Below are positions 7,571 through 17,300 of a DNA stretch of 43,238 nucleotides, piece after piece. This DNA is from Terriglobia bacterium. Lineage in GTDB: Bacteria > Acidobacteriota > Terriglobia > Acidiferrales > UBA7541. Numbering within the stretch: the stretch's first letter is position 1; every line of letters begins with the position of its first letter. The stretch is taken from the NCBI GenBank assembly GCA_041476305.1, contig JBGOTC010000001.1, positions 1 through 43,238 on the forward strand, given 5' to 3'. The position numbers and the translations under genes are program-made. A model generated the notes under the pieces. That model saw only the letters and a program-made list of their open reading frames with translations, had not been told where the DNA came from and made no database searches.

Positions 7571-8272
7571 TCAGGAACTGAACCCATAGCGGCCGACCAA
7601 AGGGACGAAACGACAATGGTGCAATGTGCGTGAAACAATTTCGCCCCGCGATTTCTGAATCATCATCACATTTTGCGACTGGTCATCGCCGACCGGGATC
7701 ACCAATCGCCCGCCTTCGGCGAGTTGATCCACCAATGGCTGTGGGACGCTTGGCGCCGCCGCGGCCACAACGATGGCGTCGAATGGCGCGGCATCCCTCA
7801 ACCCCGCCGAGCCGTCGCCCGTATGCACAGAGACATTTTCAAAGCCGAGCCGCGTGAGACGCTCCTGCGCGGCCAGAGCCAGCGAAGCACGGTTTTCGAC
7901 CGCGAAGACCTGTTTTGCAAGCCGCGAAATGACGGCCGCTGCATACCCAGATCCCGCGCCGATCTCGAGTACTTTTTCAGCTCCGGTCAGCGCCATCGCT
8001 TCAATCATCACTGCGACCATGTATGGTTGCGAAATGGTTTGCCCTTCGCCGATGGAGATGGGCTGGTCCTCGTAAGCGTGCTTACGGAATTCGACGGGCA
8101 CAAACTGATGGCGTGGCACGCTCGCCATCGCATCGAGAACGCGCACGTCGCGGACGCCCCGGGCGCGCAACTGCGTCTGGACCATCTCGCGCCGCAGCGC
8201 GTCATAATCAGGTTCGTTGTGCGGGCCCTCGATCGCCACGGAAAACCCCATGCAACATCCCGACAGATTCAT
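7571..8272 (-). CDS. pcm: Protein-L-isoaspartate O-methyltransferase
   Basis: GEGQTISQPYMVAVMIEAMAL and VLEIGAGSGYAAAV (SAM motif I). The start ATG overlaps the upstream stop (ATGA at 8269-8272); the alternative start is M8. Confidence 0.88.
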   Translation of the reverse strand: MNLSGCCMGFSVAIEGPHNEPDYDALRREMVQTQLRARGVRDVRVLDAMASVPRHQFVPVEFRKHAYEDQPISIGEGQTISQPYMVAVMIEAMALTGAEKVLEIGAGSGYAAAVISRLAKQVFAVENRASLALAAQERLTRLGFENVSVHTGDGSAGLRDAAPFDAIVVAAAAPSVPQPLVDQLAEGGRLVIPVGDDQSQNVMMIQKSRGEIVSRTLHHCRFVPLVGRYGFSS

Positions 8273-11200
8273 TTGCGCGCCGGCGGCAATCCGCGCAACA
8301 GCTCCTGCACAGCCGCATCCAACTGCGAATCGTGGCTGGAATAGCTTTCCCCGACAGGACGCGTCACGGGGATGTCCACCGGGCGCGGATGCATTTCCAT
8401 CAACGTGCCGTCATGTCCGACCACGCGGATGAACGGCAGTCTCAGACTTGAACCATCGATCAGCGTCACGTTGGATGTATAGATGATCCATCCCGCCGTC
8501 GGCTCGCCCACCACTTTCCCCAACCCGAGCGTGCGGTACCCCTCCGTGAAATCTTCGGCGTCGGAGAGCGAGTGTTGATCGGTCACAAGGACCGTGGGCT
8601 TCCCCAGCGCGCGCTGCCCCAGCATGGTGCGTGCAGGAGAAGAAGGCAGGTCCCTCACCGTCATGGTCAGGTAGTCGCGGCGCGCGAGCACGTCGATTGC
8701 ATAGACGTTCACGAAGCCGCCGGAGTTGTGCCGGATGTCCACGACAACACCTTCGCGGCCGTAGTTTTCCGCGTCCAGATCCAAATAGAGCCGGTCGAGT
8801 GAAGCCTGGGACATGTCAATCATGTGCACGTAGCCGAGCCTGCCGTTGCTCACTTTTTCCACATAGGAGCGCTTCTGGTCCACCCACGCGCGGTATTGAA
8901 GCGCGAGTTCCGCCTGCCGGCTGATGGTCTGCACCGCAACAATACTTTTTCCAGTGCCATCCGCAGAGGATGCGACGGTCAGTTCGACGCGCCGGCCGAC
9001 TTTGTTTTCGACGAGCGCATCCAAATTTATGTGCGGACCGATCAATGCGCCATCCACGGCCAACAGGTAATCGCCGACCTTTATTCCTTTTGCAAGAGCC
9101 GCCGGGCCCAGCGGCGTGATCTCCGCGATTCGCAAATGGCCACCATGCTCATATTCAACAGGGTCAAACATCAGTCCCAACCGGGCCGTCACCGGCCGGG
9201 GAGGCGCTCCGCCCGCACCGGCGCCCGGGTTGATTCCCGAATGCGAAGAGTTGAGGTCGCCAATCATAAAGGAAATCACACGGCGCATCTCGTCGGGCGT
9301 GGAAGACGCAGTTACGTAGGGCTGATACTTCACGCGCGCTGCTTCCCAATCCACACCATTCAACTTGGGATCGAAAAAATTATCGCGCAGGTAGGTCCAG
9401 GCCTGATGGAAGACTTCCATTTTCTCGCGGGAAAAATCCACGTCCATTTCGGCGGTGACAGCGAGCGTCCTGGATTGGCGCGAATCCACGGAAACCACTT
9501 CAATGCGGCCTTGTTGAAGATAAAAGACCTCCTTGCTATCCGGTGAAAACTGCGCGTCCTGCTTCCTGCCGGCCGTGGAAGTCAATTGCCGCGCGACAGC
9601 AGGGTCACGGGACAATTCGTCCAGCGAGTAGAGGTAGAGATTCTGCTGCCCCGCCGCGCTCACCGTCATGAGCAGCCATTTTCCATCGGGACTAATCGCG
9701 AGCGCATTCACATCCACGCCCACCGGCAAGAGGCTCAGCCGTCGGCGAATGTCCTCCCAGACAATTTCCACCGGCTTGACTGTTTTCGCGGGAGCGCCCC
9801 CTGGTGCCGCTTGCCTCGCGGGAGTTTCAGTCGTTGGAGGCGCATCCGTTGTCCGCGGGGGAGTCTCGCTCTGCCGCTGCGGTGACAGGCTGCGAGGGGT
9901 CTCTTCCTTGAAGAGATCCCGGAATTGGTCTTCGCGGAATCGCGGAGTGCGAGGAACAAGGTCAAGTCGCGCTACCCTGCCATCCTCCGTGCGCTGCGCG
10001 GTATTGAAAAGGATGTATGTACCGTCAGGGCTCCAGGTAATGTAGTCGCTGGAGACATTGGAGAGAAAACTAGCCGGCCTGGCATCGCCTCCCGCTGCGG
10101 CAACGAGAGTGACATTGCGAAAATTATTTGCCGTGGCCGGCAAGAACGCGATCCACTTGCTGTCCGGCGACCACACATAAGGCTTGGAAGATCCAAGGGG
10201 AGGCCGGTCAAGGTGACCGGTGGTAACGACTCGCTCCTGTTTGCCAGCCAAATCCATGACGATGAGCTGCTGGGCCGCGCGGAGAAATGCGAGTTGCTTG
10301 CCGTCGGGTGAAAACTGCGGCTGCGTGTCGGGCTGCGCGCCACGCGTGAGTTGGGTCTCGGAGCGCGAGGCGAAGTCATAGAGATAAACGTGAGGGGTGC
10401 CGTCGCGGTCGGAAACGTAGGCAATCTGGCGGCTATCGGGAGTCCAGGCGATTTCGTCCTCGGCCCCGGAAGTGTTGGTGACTCGCGCGGCATCCCCGCC
10501 ATCTTTGGAAGATGCGGCGAAGACTTGTCCATGGACTGCAAAAGCCACTTTCTTCCCATCGGGCGAAAGCGCCAACTCCGAAAAACCATTGGTCAGGATG
10601 CGGTGCTCGGCAACTTCACCGGCGGGTGTACCGCGCAAGGCAATGGAAACGCGTGTCGCTTCGCCGGAACCCACGTTCAATTTCCAAATGCCAAAATCGC
10701 GCTCGAAGACGATGGTCTTTCCGTCATTGGAGATTGCGGGCCACAACACCCGGCCTTCGCGGAAGTGCGTGACCTCGCGAGCCACACCACCCTGGGGCTT
10801 GACCCAGATATTTTCGGAGCCTCCGCGGTCGGACATGAAATAAAGGGTCTTGCCGTCCGCGCCCCACATCGGCCAAATCTCCTTGGCGTGGCCGTCGGTG
10901 ACGCTTTCATAGGTCGGGGGAGTTCCGGGACGGCACAACATGATTTGCGATTCATCCAGATGGCTGTGACCCTTGCGCCACCACTGGCCGAGAGCGTTGC
11001 CGCGCGAACTGATGGCAATGGTCTGGCCGTCGGGGGAGGGCGCGGCAAAGAATTCATTGGTGTAGCGGTCCGCGCAGAGCGGCATCGGCGTGCCGCCTTC
11101 CACGCTGACCTTGTAAATATCGTTTTGCCCGGCGATGTCGTGGCTGGCCGTCGAAAAGTAAATCCACTTGCCGTCGCGCGACCACGCGTTCATCTGCTCT

Positions 11201-11586
11201 GGAGCGTCATCGAAAGTCAGCCGGCGCAATTCGCCCGTGGCAAAGGTGAAAACATAAATGTCGCCGCCGCCGGTGCGCGCCGAAACGAACGCCAGCTGCT
11301 TGCCATCCGGTGAATAGACCGGTCGCGATTCCGTCGCGGGATGTGAGACGAGCAGATGTGCCGTGCCGCCTGTTGCCGGCACCGTCCAGATATCGCCGCC
11401 GGAGATGAAGGCGATCTCCGAGCCGTCAGGGGAAATTCCCGGGTCGTAGAGCGGACGAACCGCGGCGGAGATTGCTGGGCCCCCCTGAGGCGGAGCGGCG
11501 TGAAAGGCTGCTACCGCAAACAGCGCGACTCCTAGCGCAAAAAGTGGGACTCCAATTCTCTTCTCCCGCAGGCGGCGATTACGCAT
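8269..11586 (-). CDS. Tricorn-like secreted protease (TolB/WD40-like propellers plus PDZ plus S41 peptidase)
   Basis: The start is placed at ATG 11586..11584 (MRNRRLREKRIGVPLFALGVALFAVAAFHA signal), with GGGAGG 4 nt upstream. It has repeated SPDG..IAF blades, the PDZ-like segment GIKVGDYLLAVDG, and the S41-like segments VVVDIRHNSGG and HSLSDAEDF. The 152 codons further upstream overlap kynU and are rejected. Confidence 0.82.
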   Translation of the reverse strand: MRNRRLREKRIGVPLFALGVALFAVAAFHAAPPQGGPAISAAVRPLYDPGISPDGSEIAFISGGDIWTVPATGGTAHLLVSHPATESRPVYSPDGKQLAFVSARTGGGDIYVFTFATGELRRLTFDDAPEQMNAWSRDGKWIYFSTASHDIAGQNDIYKVSVEGGTPMPLCADRYTNEFFAAPSPDGQTIAISSRGNALGQWWRKGHSHLDESQIMLCRPGTPPTYESVTDGHAKEIWPMWGADGKTLYFMSDRGGSENIWVKPQGGVAREVTHFREGRVLWPAISNDGKTIVFERDFGIWKLNVGSGEATRVSIALRGTPAGEVAEHRILTNGFSELALSPDGKKVAFAVHGQVFAASSKDGGDAARVTNTSGAEDEIAWTPDSRQIAYVSDRDGTPHVYLYDFASRSETQLTRGAQPDTQPQFSPDGKQLAFLRAAQQLIVMDLAGKQERVVTTGHLDRPPLGSSKPYVWSPDSKWIAFLPATANNFRNVTLVAAAGGDARPASFLSNVSSDYITWSPDGTYILFNTAQRTEDGRVARLDLVPRTPRFREDQFRDLFKEETPRSLSPQRQSETPPRTTDAPPTTETPARQAAPGGAPAKTVKPVEIVWEDIRRRLSLLPVGVDVNALAISPDGKWLLMTVSAAGQQNLYLYSLDELSRDPAVARQLTSTAGRKQDAQFSPDSKEVFYLQQGRIEVVSVDSRQSRTLAVTAEMDVDFSREKMEVFHQAWTYLRDNFFDPKLNGVDWEAARVKYQPYVTASSTPDEMRRVISFMIGDLNSSHSGINPGAGAGGAPPRPVTARLGLMFDPVEYEHGGHLRIAEITPLGPAALAKGIKVGDYLLAVDGALIGPHINLDALVENKVGRRVELTVASSADGTGKSIVAVQTISRQAELALQYRAWVDQKRSYVEKVSNGRLGYVHMIDMSQASLDRLYLDLDAENYGREGVVVDIRHNSGGFVNVYAIDVLARRDYLTMTVRDLPSSPARTMLGQRALGKPTVLVTDQHSLSDAEDFTEGYRTLGLGKVVGEPTAGWIIYTSNVTLIDGSSLRLPFIRVVGHDGTLMEMHPRPVDIPVTRPVGESYSSHDSQLDAAVQELLRGLPPARK

Positions 11587-11659
11587 GAATCCTCCCGAGC
11601 AAATCGCGGAGAGCAATTCCGAGCAAGCTCCGAGTAACGCGATGCATGAACGCGGCGGG

Positions 11660-11668
11660 ATTATAGCA
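11660..11668 (-). promoter_or_regulatory. Extended -10 box TGCTATAAT (candidate promoter of the protease gene)
   Basis: The minus-strand sequence is TGCTATAAT. It lies 7 nt after the kynU stop and gives a leader of about 65-70 nt ending in the GGGAGG SD. Confidence 0.4.
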
Positions 11669-11674
11669 CCGGGT

Positions 11675-12880
11675 TCAGGCGCGGCTTGCTGCCGCGCGGC
11701 GGCCAGCGCGGGCGCCCCGCGGGCGCTCCCAGGCGTTGGTGCGCAGGATTTCTGATATTTGGTCCAGCGCGAAATCGATTTCCTCATCGCGGTTATAGAA
11801 GTGCGGCGATAGGCGGACGCCCGCCTTGGGGCGGAAGTCCACCATGATTTCACGAGCGAGCAGCTCCTGGGTGACCTCCTGCGCGTGCGGACATTCCACG
11901 GAAACCGTCCCTGCGCGTTCTGAAGGATCCATTGGCGTGTTGACGCGCCAGCCGCGCGCGAGCGCTCCTTCCACGAGCCGCGCTGTCTGCCGCACGGATT
12001 TTGCGCGAATCGCTTCAACCCCCACCTGACGGAGAATTTCAAGACCAGGCTGGCACGCGTAAAGCGCGGGAATGTGCGGCGTGCCGTTCAGAAAACGGTA
12101 GGAATCGTTTGTCCGCTCGAGCGGGCCGACTTCGAAATTGAACGGCCGTTGGTGCGCCATCCATCCCGTGATGGCGGGCTTGAGTTTCTTGCGCAGGTCA
12201 GGACGAACGTAGAGATATCCGACTCCGGGCCCGCCGCAGAGCCACTTCAGAACGCCGCCGGTGGCAAAATCCACTCGCAGGGATTGGACATCCACGGGGA
12301 CGGTCCCCGCGGCCTGAAATAGATCGAGCACCACGCGCGCACCCATGCGGTGGGCACGTTCGATGATGGCGCGAGCATCCACAATCGTCGCGCTGCGGAA
12401 CAACACCTGCGAGATAGGGACAAGTAGCGTGTTGCGATCAATGGCGCGCAAAAACTCCTCGGTGGGGACGTGCAATCCATCGCGGGAGCGGACAATTTTC
12501 ACCTTGGCGCCGTTGCGCCGCTGTTCGAGGTAGAAATAGATGGTGGATGGGAACTCCAGGTCCACCATTACAACTTTGTTGCGCCGCTTGCTGAAGTCAA
12601 AGCACGAAGCGATGATGGCCTGTGTCAGCGTGACATTTTGGTGGAGCGAGATTTCTCCCGGGCCTGCGCCGATGAGCGCGCCGATGCGGTCGCCCACCTT
12701 GACGGCCATTTCCCACCAGCCTTCTTCCCATGCGCGCACGCCGCGCATGGCCCAGGAATCCGCGTATTCGTGCAGGCGGTCGTAGACCGAGCGCGGCATC
12801 GCGCCCAGTGAATTGCTAATCAGGTATGTCGTCCTATCCAGGATCGGGAACTCTTCACGCCAATTCAGCAGCTCATCCAC
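11675..12880 (-). CDS. kynU: Kynureninase (PLP-dependent)
   Basis: It aligns by eye along the whole length with bacterial KynU: YLISNSLG, FPSTIY, DLFQAAGTVPVD, LKWLCGGPG (PLP lysine), GWMAH..PF and FLNGTP. The start is placed at GTG 12880..12878, with GGGAG 8 nt upstream. The longer ORF to 13147 overlaps the permease gene. Confidence 0.8.
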   Translation of the reverse strand: MDELLNWREEFPILDRTTYLISNSLGAMPRSVYDRLHEYADSWAMRGVRAWEEGWWEMAVKVGDRIGALIGAGPGEISLHQNVTLTQAIIASCFDFSKRRNKVVMVDLEFPSTIYFYLEQRRNGAKVKIVRSRDGLHVPTEEFLRAIDRNTLLVPISQVLFRSATIVDARAIIERAHRMGARVVLDLFQAAGTVPVDVQSLRVDFATGGVLKWLCGGPGVGYLYVRPDLRKKLKPAITGWMAHQRPFNFEVGPLERTNDSYRFLNGTPHIPALYACQPGLEILRQVGVEAIRAKSVRQTARLVEGALARGWRVNTPMDPSERAGTVSVECPHAQEVTQELLAREIMVDFRPKAGVRLSPHFYNRDEEIDFALDQISEILRTNAWERPRGARAGRRAAASRA

Positions 12881-12885
12881 GGCAA

Positions 12886-14352
12886 TTACTCCCGGGCATC
12901 TCGCCCCAGCGGCGCTGCGGCACGCCGCAGTGTCCACGCAAAGTAGCACAGTGAGATAAAGACTAGCCAGGGCAGGCCTGCCTTGATGGTGATCCGCAAG
13001 CCCGGCACCCACCAGGTGGAAACCAGCACCGCTGTCAGCGCCGCCAGGCCAACCAGAGAACTCCACGGGCCGGGCGGAGCAAAGCGCATCGCGCCACGCG
13101 GGCCGCGACGCCGGAACATCAGATGCGTCACAAAAATCATCATCCACACAAACATCCCGCCGAACAACGCCGCGGCAAACATATAAAGGTACGCGGTCTC
13201 GCGATAGAGAGTATTCAGCAGAAGGGCGGCGAACATTCCTGCGCTGGACACGAGGAGCGCGGGCAGGGGGACGCCCTGACGGCTCAGGCGGCCAAAAACC
13301 CGCGGCGCATAACCGCCGCGTGCCAGGGAAAAAATCATCCGCGAAGTGAGATAGAGGTTGCAGTTGACGCTGGAAAGAACCGCCGTCAGCACGACGAAAT
13401 TCATCACCCCCGCGGCGGCGGGAATGCCCACCTGTTGGAAGACGCGCACGAATGGAGATTCCGCGAGCCCCGCCTGATCCCAGGGAAGCACGCTGACGAG
13501 GACGGCGATCCCGCCAATGTAAAACAGGGCCAGCCGCGCCAGCGTCTGTCGCAGCGCGCGCGGCACAGCGCGGCTCGGGTCGTCAGCCTCTCCGGCGGTG
13601 ACGGCGACAATCTCCATGCCGAGGTAGCTGAATATCGCCATCGCGATGCCGAGGCCTACACCGGTCCAGCCGTGGGGCAAAAACCCGCCGTGCCCGGTGA
13701 GGTTGGCAATCCCGATTCGCGGGAAGCCAATGCCGAGAATCAGCGCGCCACCCGACACGATGAACAACACGATGGTCACCACCTTGATCATCGAGAACCA
13801 ATATTCAAATGCGCCGAAGCTCGCCACGCTGCGCGCGTTCACGTAAACCAGGGAGGCCGAGAACGCCACGATCCACATCCACGAGGGGACGTGAGGAAAG
13901 AAATAGTTGCAGTAAATTGAGGCGGCAACAACTTCGCTGCCGATGGCCACCACCTGGGCCATCCAGTAGGAATAGCGCATCACGAATCCAGCCCAAGGAT
14001 GCAGGTAAATTTCCGCATAAACGCCAAAGGAGCCTGCCACCGGATGCGCGACAGCCATCTCCGCCAGCGCCCACATCAGCAGTAGAGCGATCACTGCTCC
14101 CGCGGCGTAACTGATGATGACGCCCGGACCCGCGGCGCGCACCGAAAGCGCGCTGCCCAGGAACAATCCTGTGCCGATGGCGCCGCCGAGCGCGATCATG
14201 GACACTTGCGCGGAAGTCAGCTTTCGCCGCAGGCCGGATTCACGGCCAAGAATAACTTCAGCTCGCCGCGCCCGGTCTGCGCCGGCGACGGCGGATGAAT
14301 CGCCGGGAAGTTTGTCTGGAGGGAAATTGGCCATGGCGGTCGGGGCCGCCAT
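12886..14352 (-). CDS. Amino-acid permease (APC superfamily)
   Basis: KLTSAQVSMIALGGAIGTGLFLGS signature and about 12 hydrophobic segments. Confidence 0.85.
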   Translation of the reverse strand: MAAPTAMANFPPDKLPGDSSAVAGADRARRAEVILGRESGLRRKLTSAQVSMIALGGAIGTGLFLGSALSVRAAGPGVIISYAAGAVIALLLMWALAEMAVAHPVAGSFGVYAEIYLHPWAGFVMRYSYWMAQVVAIGSEVVAASIYCNYFFPHVPSWMWIVAFSASLVYVNARSVASFGAFEYWFSMIKVVTIVLFIVSGGALILGIGFPRIGIANLTGHGGFLPHGWTGVGLGIAMAIFSYLGMEIVAVTAGEADDPSRAVPRALRQTLARLALFYIGGIAVLVSVLPWDQAGLAESPFVRVFQQVGIPAAAGVMNFVVLTAVLSSVNCNLYLTSRMIFSLARGGYAPRVFGRLSRQGVPLPALLVSSAGMFAALLLNTLYRETAYLYMFAAALFGGMFVWMMIFVTHLMFRRRGPRGAMRFAPPGPWSSLVGLAALTAVLVSTWWVPGLRITIKAGLPWLVFISLCYFAWTLRRAAAPLGRDARE

Positions 14353-14387
14353 GCTAGCAGAAATGCGCCGGGGAGGCGCGAGGGGCT

Positions 14388-17300
14388 CTACTTGAATCTT
14401 TTTCTGAAAACCACATCGAGTCCGAAGGTGCCGTTGTAGTCCCGCAACGCGATGATGCTGACATCGGACTTTACGAGATACTCCACTTGAATCACTTCCT
14501 GCTGCGCCCCGGTGATATTGGTGACGTAAGTGATCCTCAAGTTGTGCCCCACCTGCTGCTCGATGGTGACGCGCGCCGCGGCATTCTGTTCATTGCCGGT
14601 GCCCGCGAGAAACGGATCCACGCGGAAGCGGCTGATGCCGAACAGTTTTTCGATCCGGCCGCCCAGTTGGCTGGAAATGGCTTGTGAAAGCAACGCTGAT
14701 GCCCCCATCCCGGGAGTTTGGCCGGAGACCGATCCTCGAGACGTGTTCGCGTCCGTGGGACGGCCAAGAGCGAGCAAGCTGATGATGTCACTGGTGGGCA
14801 GCGGGGGATCGGACCTGTAGTTCATGGAAAGCCGGCTGAGGGGCCCGGAGATGTCGAGGGTCACTTCAAATTGTTGAACCGTGGTTGCCGCCTGAATGTT
14901 GAGTACCGGGCCGATAAACGGGTTTGCGAAATCAATATCGCCCCGCGAAAGCCGGTAGCGGTTCCCCGCAAACGTAAGGTCGCCGTTCAACAATCCGATG
15001 TGCCCGAGCAGAATCGGATTTTCCCATGTCCCGCGCACGCGCAGGTCCGCTTCACTTTCAAAACTGGAGCCGCCCCATTCCACGCGCGCGTCGGGCGTTG
15101 ATCTCGCCTGAATATCAAATTGCAGGTTTCGCAGGAATGCGGAGGAGGTGGCCGGCGCGCGCAGGGGATCCTTGGTCGAGACGATCAACGAACCCAGGTC
15201 CATATCCGCGGCAAGCAAGAGCCGGTGCACGATGATATTCCCGGAGAGCACCGCCGACTGTGTGCCGCCAGAGAGACGCAAGGTTCCTTCCGTCAGCCAG
15301 CTCATGCCCACCGGGTAGCGTATGCGGACGTTCGTGGCACGCGTTGTGATGTCATAACGCAAGGCGGAGAATCCGGCGCCGTAGGTCAAGGACCCGGAGA
15401 GGAGCAACTCGCCGCCTCCAACTTCCGCGCGGACGTTTTCAAACATCAGGCGGCTAGCGTCAAAGACAATGGCTCCTGAAACCTTGCTGAGCCCCGCGGG
15501 AAAATCACCGTAATTCGCCGATCCATCAGCCACATCCAGCCGTCCGTTGATCCTCGGCACGGAGAGAGTCCCCTCCACGGACGCGTTAATTCCCGCGGCG
15601 CCCCGCGCGTCGAGCCTGGGCACAAATCCGGAGATCAGCCGCAGATCAATCTTCCCCAGCACTTTCAATGAAAGGGCGCGGTCGCCCGCAAAACGGGCGA
15701 AACCGGAAATTTGGAAATCCGAATCCGTGCCCCGCAACTTGGCCTGATCGATGCGGATTTCATTCCGGCGATAGGTGACGTGGATGGGGCCGTCATTTTC
15801 AAGCCTTACACCTGAATAGTCGAAAGATAACCGCGACAATTTGGCATCCACGGAAATGGAATCCGGCTCACGCAGGGCTCCAGTCAGACTAAAGTGGCCA
15901 TCCACATTGCTGTGCCCGGTGAGCCCTTCGAGATGCAATCCGGCGCGGATCACGGAATCGGGGTCCAGGCCATGAACATCCAGTTCACCGTGGATCGGCA
16001 GATTGCCCGCGAAGGCAACTTCGACAAAACCATCGATCGTGGCGGCGGGTGGAGCTGAACTCAGGTCCACGCGCCCATGCTTGCCATCCGCAATAAGCTT
16101 CCCTTCAAAGCTGCCCAGATTGTCGTGGCCGGCACGGAAATCCACCAGGCGGATGGTCCCCTGGGCCAACGGGGCCAAGAGCGGGCCGCTGCCGTGAATT
16201 TGAAAACTCAGTTCCCCGCCGAGCGGGAGCTTGGGGGACTGAATGCTTCTGATGGCTTCAAGCGGAATCACCGCTCCGGTCAAATCAAAATTGACGCTGG
16301 CATCCGCGAAGCGATAGGCGAAGTTGCCGGTGAGCAGGCTCGGCGCGCGCCCCATTTTACCTCCAAGAGGCGTCATGCGAATTTCACCGTTCGTGATGCG
16401 AACTTGATCGTGGTCGAGCGTGAGTTGGCCGCGAGCGCGGTCCACGGGCCAGCCCCAGGCATTGAGCTCTTCCAAATCGAACAAAGCTGACAATTGAGGC
16501 GAGGCATGGGTTCCGCGAACATGGAACTGCCCGGAGAGCAATCCGTTCACGGGATAATTCCAGCCAAACATTTCCTGCAGGCCAACAGTGGGTGTGCGAA
16601 GCAGGTCCGCGTCCAAAGTCCATTGCGAGTCCGGCTTGAAACTCCAATCATCAAGCGTGAGCGCGAGATCGAGCTGCGCCGCGGAGATCCCGTGCCGCAT
16701 GTGCGCCCGGGAAAAACGCAGGCCGCTGTTGGAGTACTTGATGTCCCCTTCGACATCATCCCAATAGAGATTGCCGTAAGCCGCCTGCAAGAGGTGCGTG
16801 TGGCCGGTGAATATGGGGTTCGCGAGAGGTCCCGTCAGTGTTCCGCGCCAGGAGGCCTGGCCCGTGATGCGGACGGGCGCCACGCTCGCTCCGCGCAGAC
16901 GATTGATGAAATCGTCCCAAGGTTCCAGGTCGCGAACATCCAGGCCCACATCCAGGGCGGAGTTGGCGCCCCCAATTGTCCCGGCGATCGTGATGCGGCT
17001 CGCCGGAGTGGAGATTTCGCTTGCGCGAATGATCACCGCGCGTCGATTCATCGAATAGTCGTAATCGAAGTGCGCGGCGACGGGGACGCTTTTCTCTGCC
17101 GGCTGTCCCATGGAAATTGCCGCGGGCGGGCTCCAATCAGAAGTCCCGCGCGAATTCAGGTGCTTGAAATTTTCAGTCCAGGTTGTGACGGCGTCCACTT
17201 GGACCCGGCCCGCCCAATGGAAAGTCTCCACGGGAAAGGTCTTGTTCGCGACTGCGGCCAGGAGCGCGCTCAGATCCATGTCGCTGGCGTGCGATTCAAC

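Noticed and set aside
10351-11313. Long antisense or alternative-frame ORFs inside large genes. Examples are 10351..11313, 13123..13920, 16494..17432, 20338..21147, 21349..22140, 22357..23508, 8824..9546 and 444..1139.
   Set aside because: These are typical shadow ORFs of GC-rich DNA. Each lies entirely within a gene whose product has clear family motifs, and their translations are Arg/Gly/Ala/Pro-rich with no recognisable domains.
11587-12042. The 5' extension of the 1257-aa ORF (8269..12042) upstream of MRNRRL.
   Set aside because: The extension overlaps the 3' end of kynU on the same strand and translates to Arg/Ser/Ala-rich junk. The internal ATG 11586 has a GGGAGG SD and is followed by a signal peptide.
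12881-13147. The 5' extension of the kynureninase ORF (to 13147).
   Set aside because: It overlaps the C-terminal coding region of the permease gene in another frame. Homology to KynU begins only at about residue 90, where a GTG with an SD is available.
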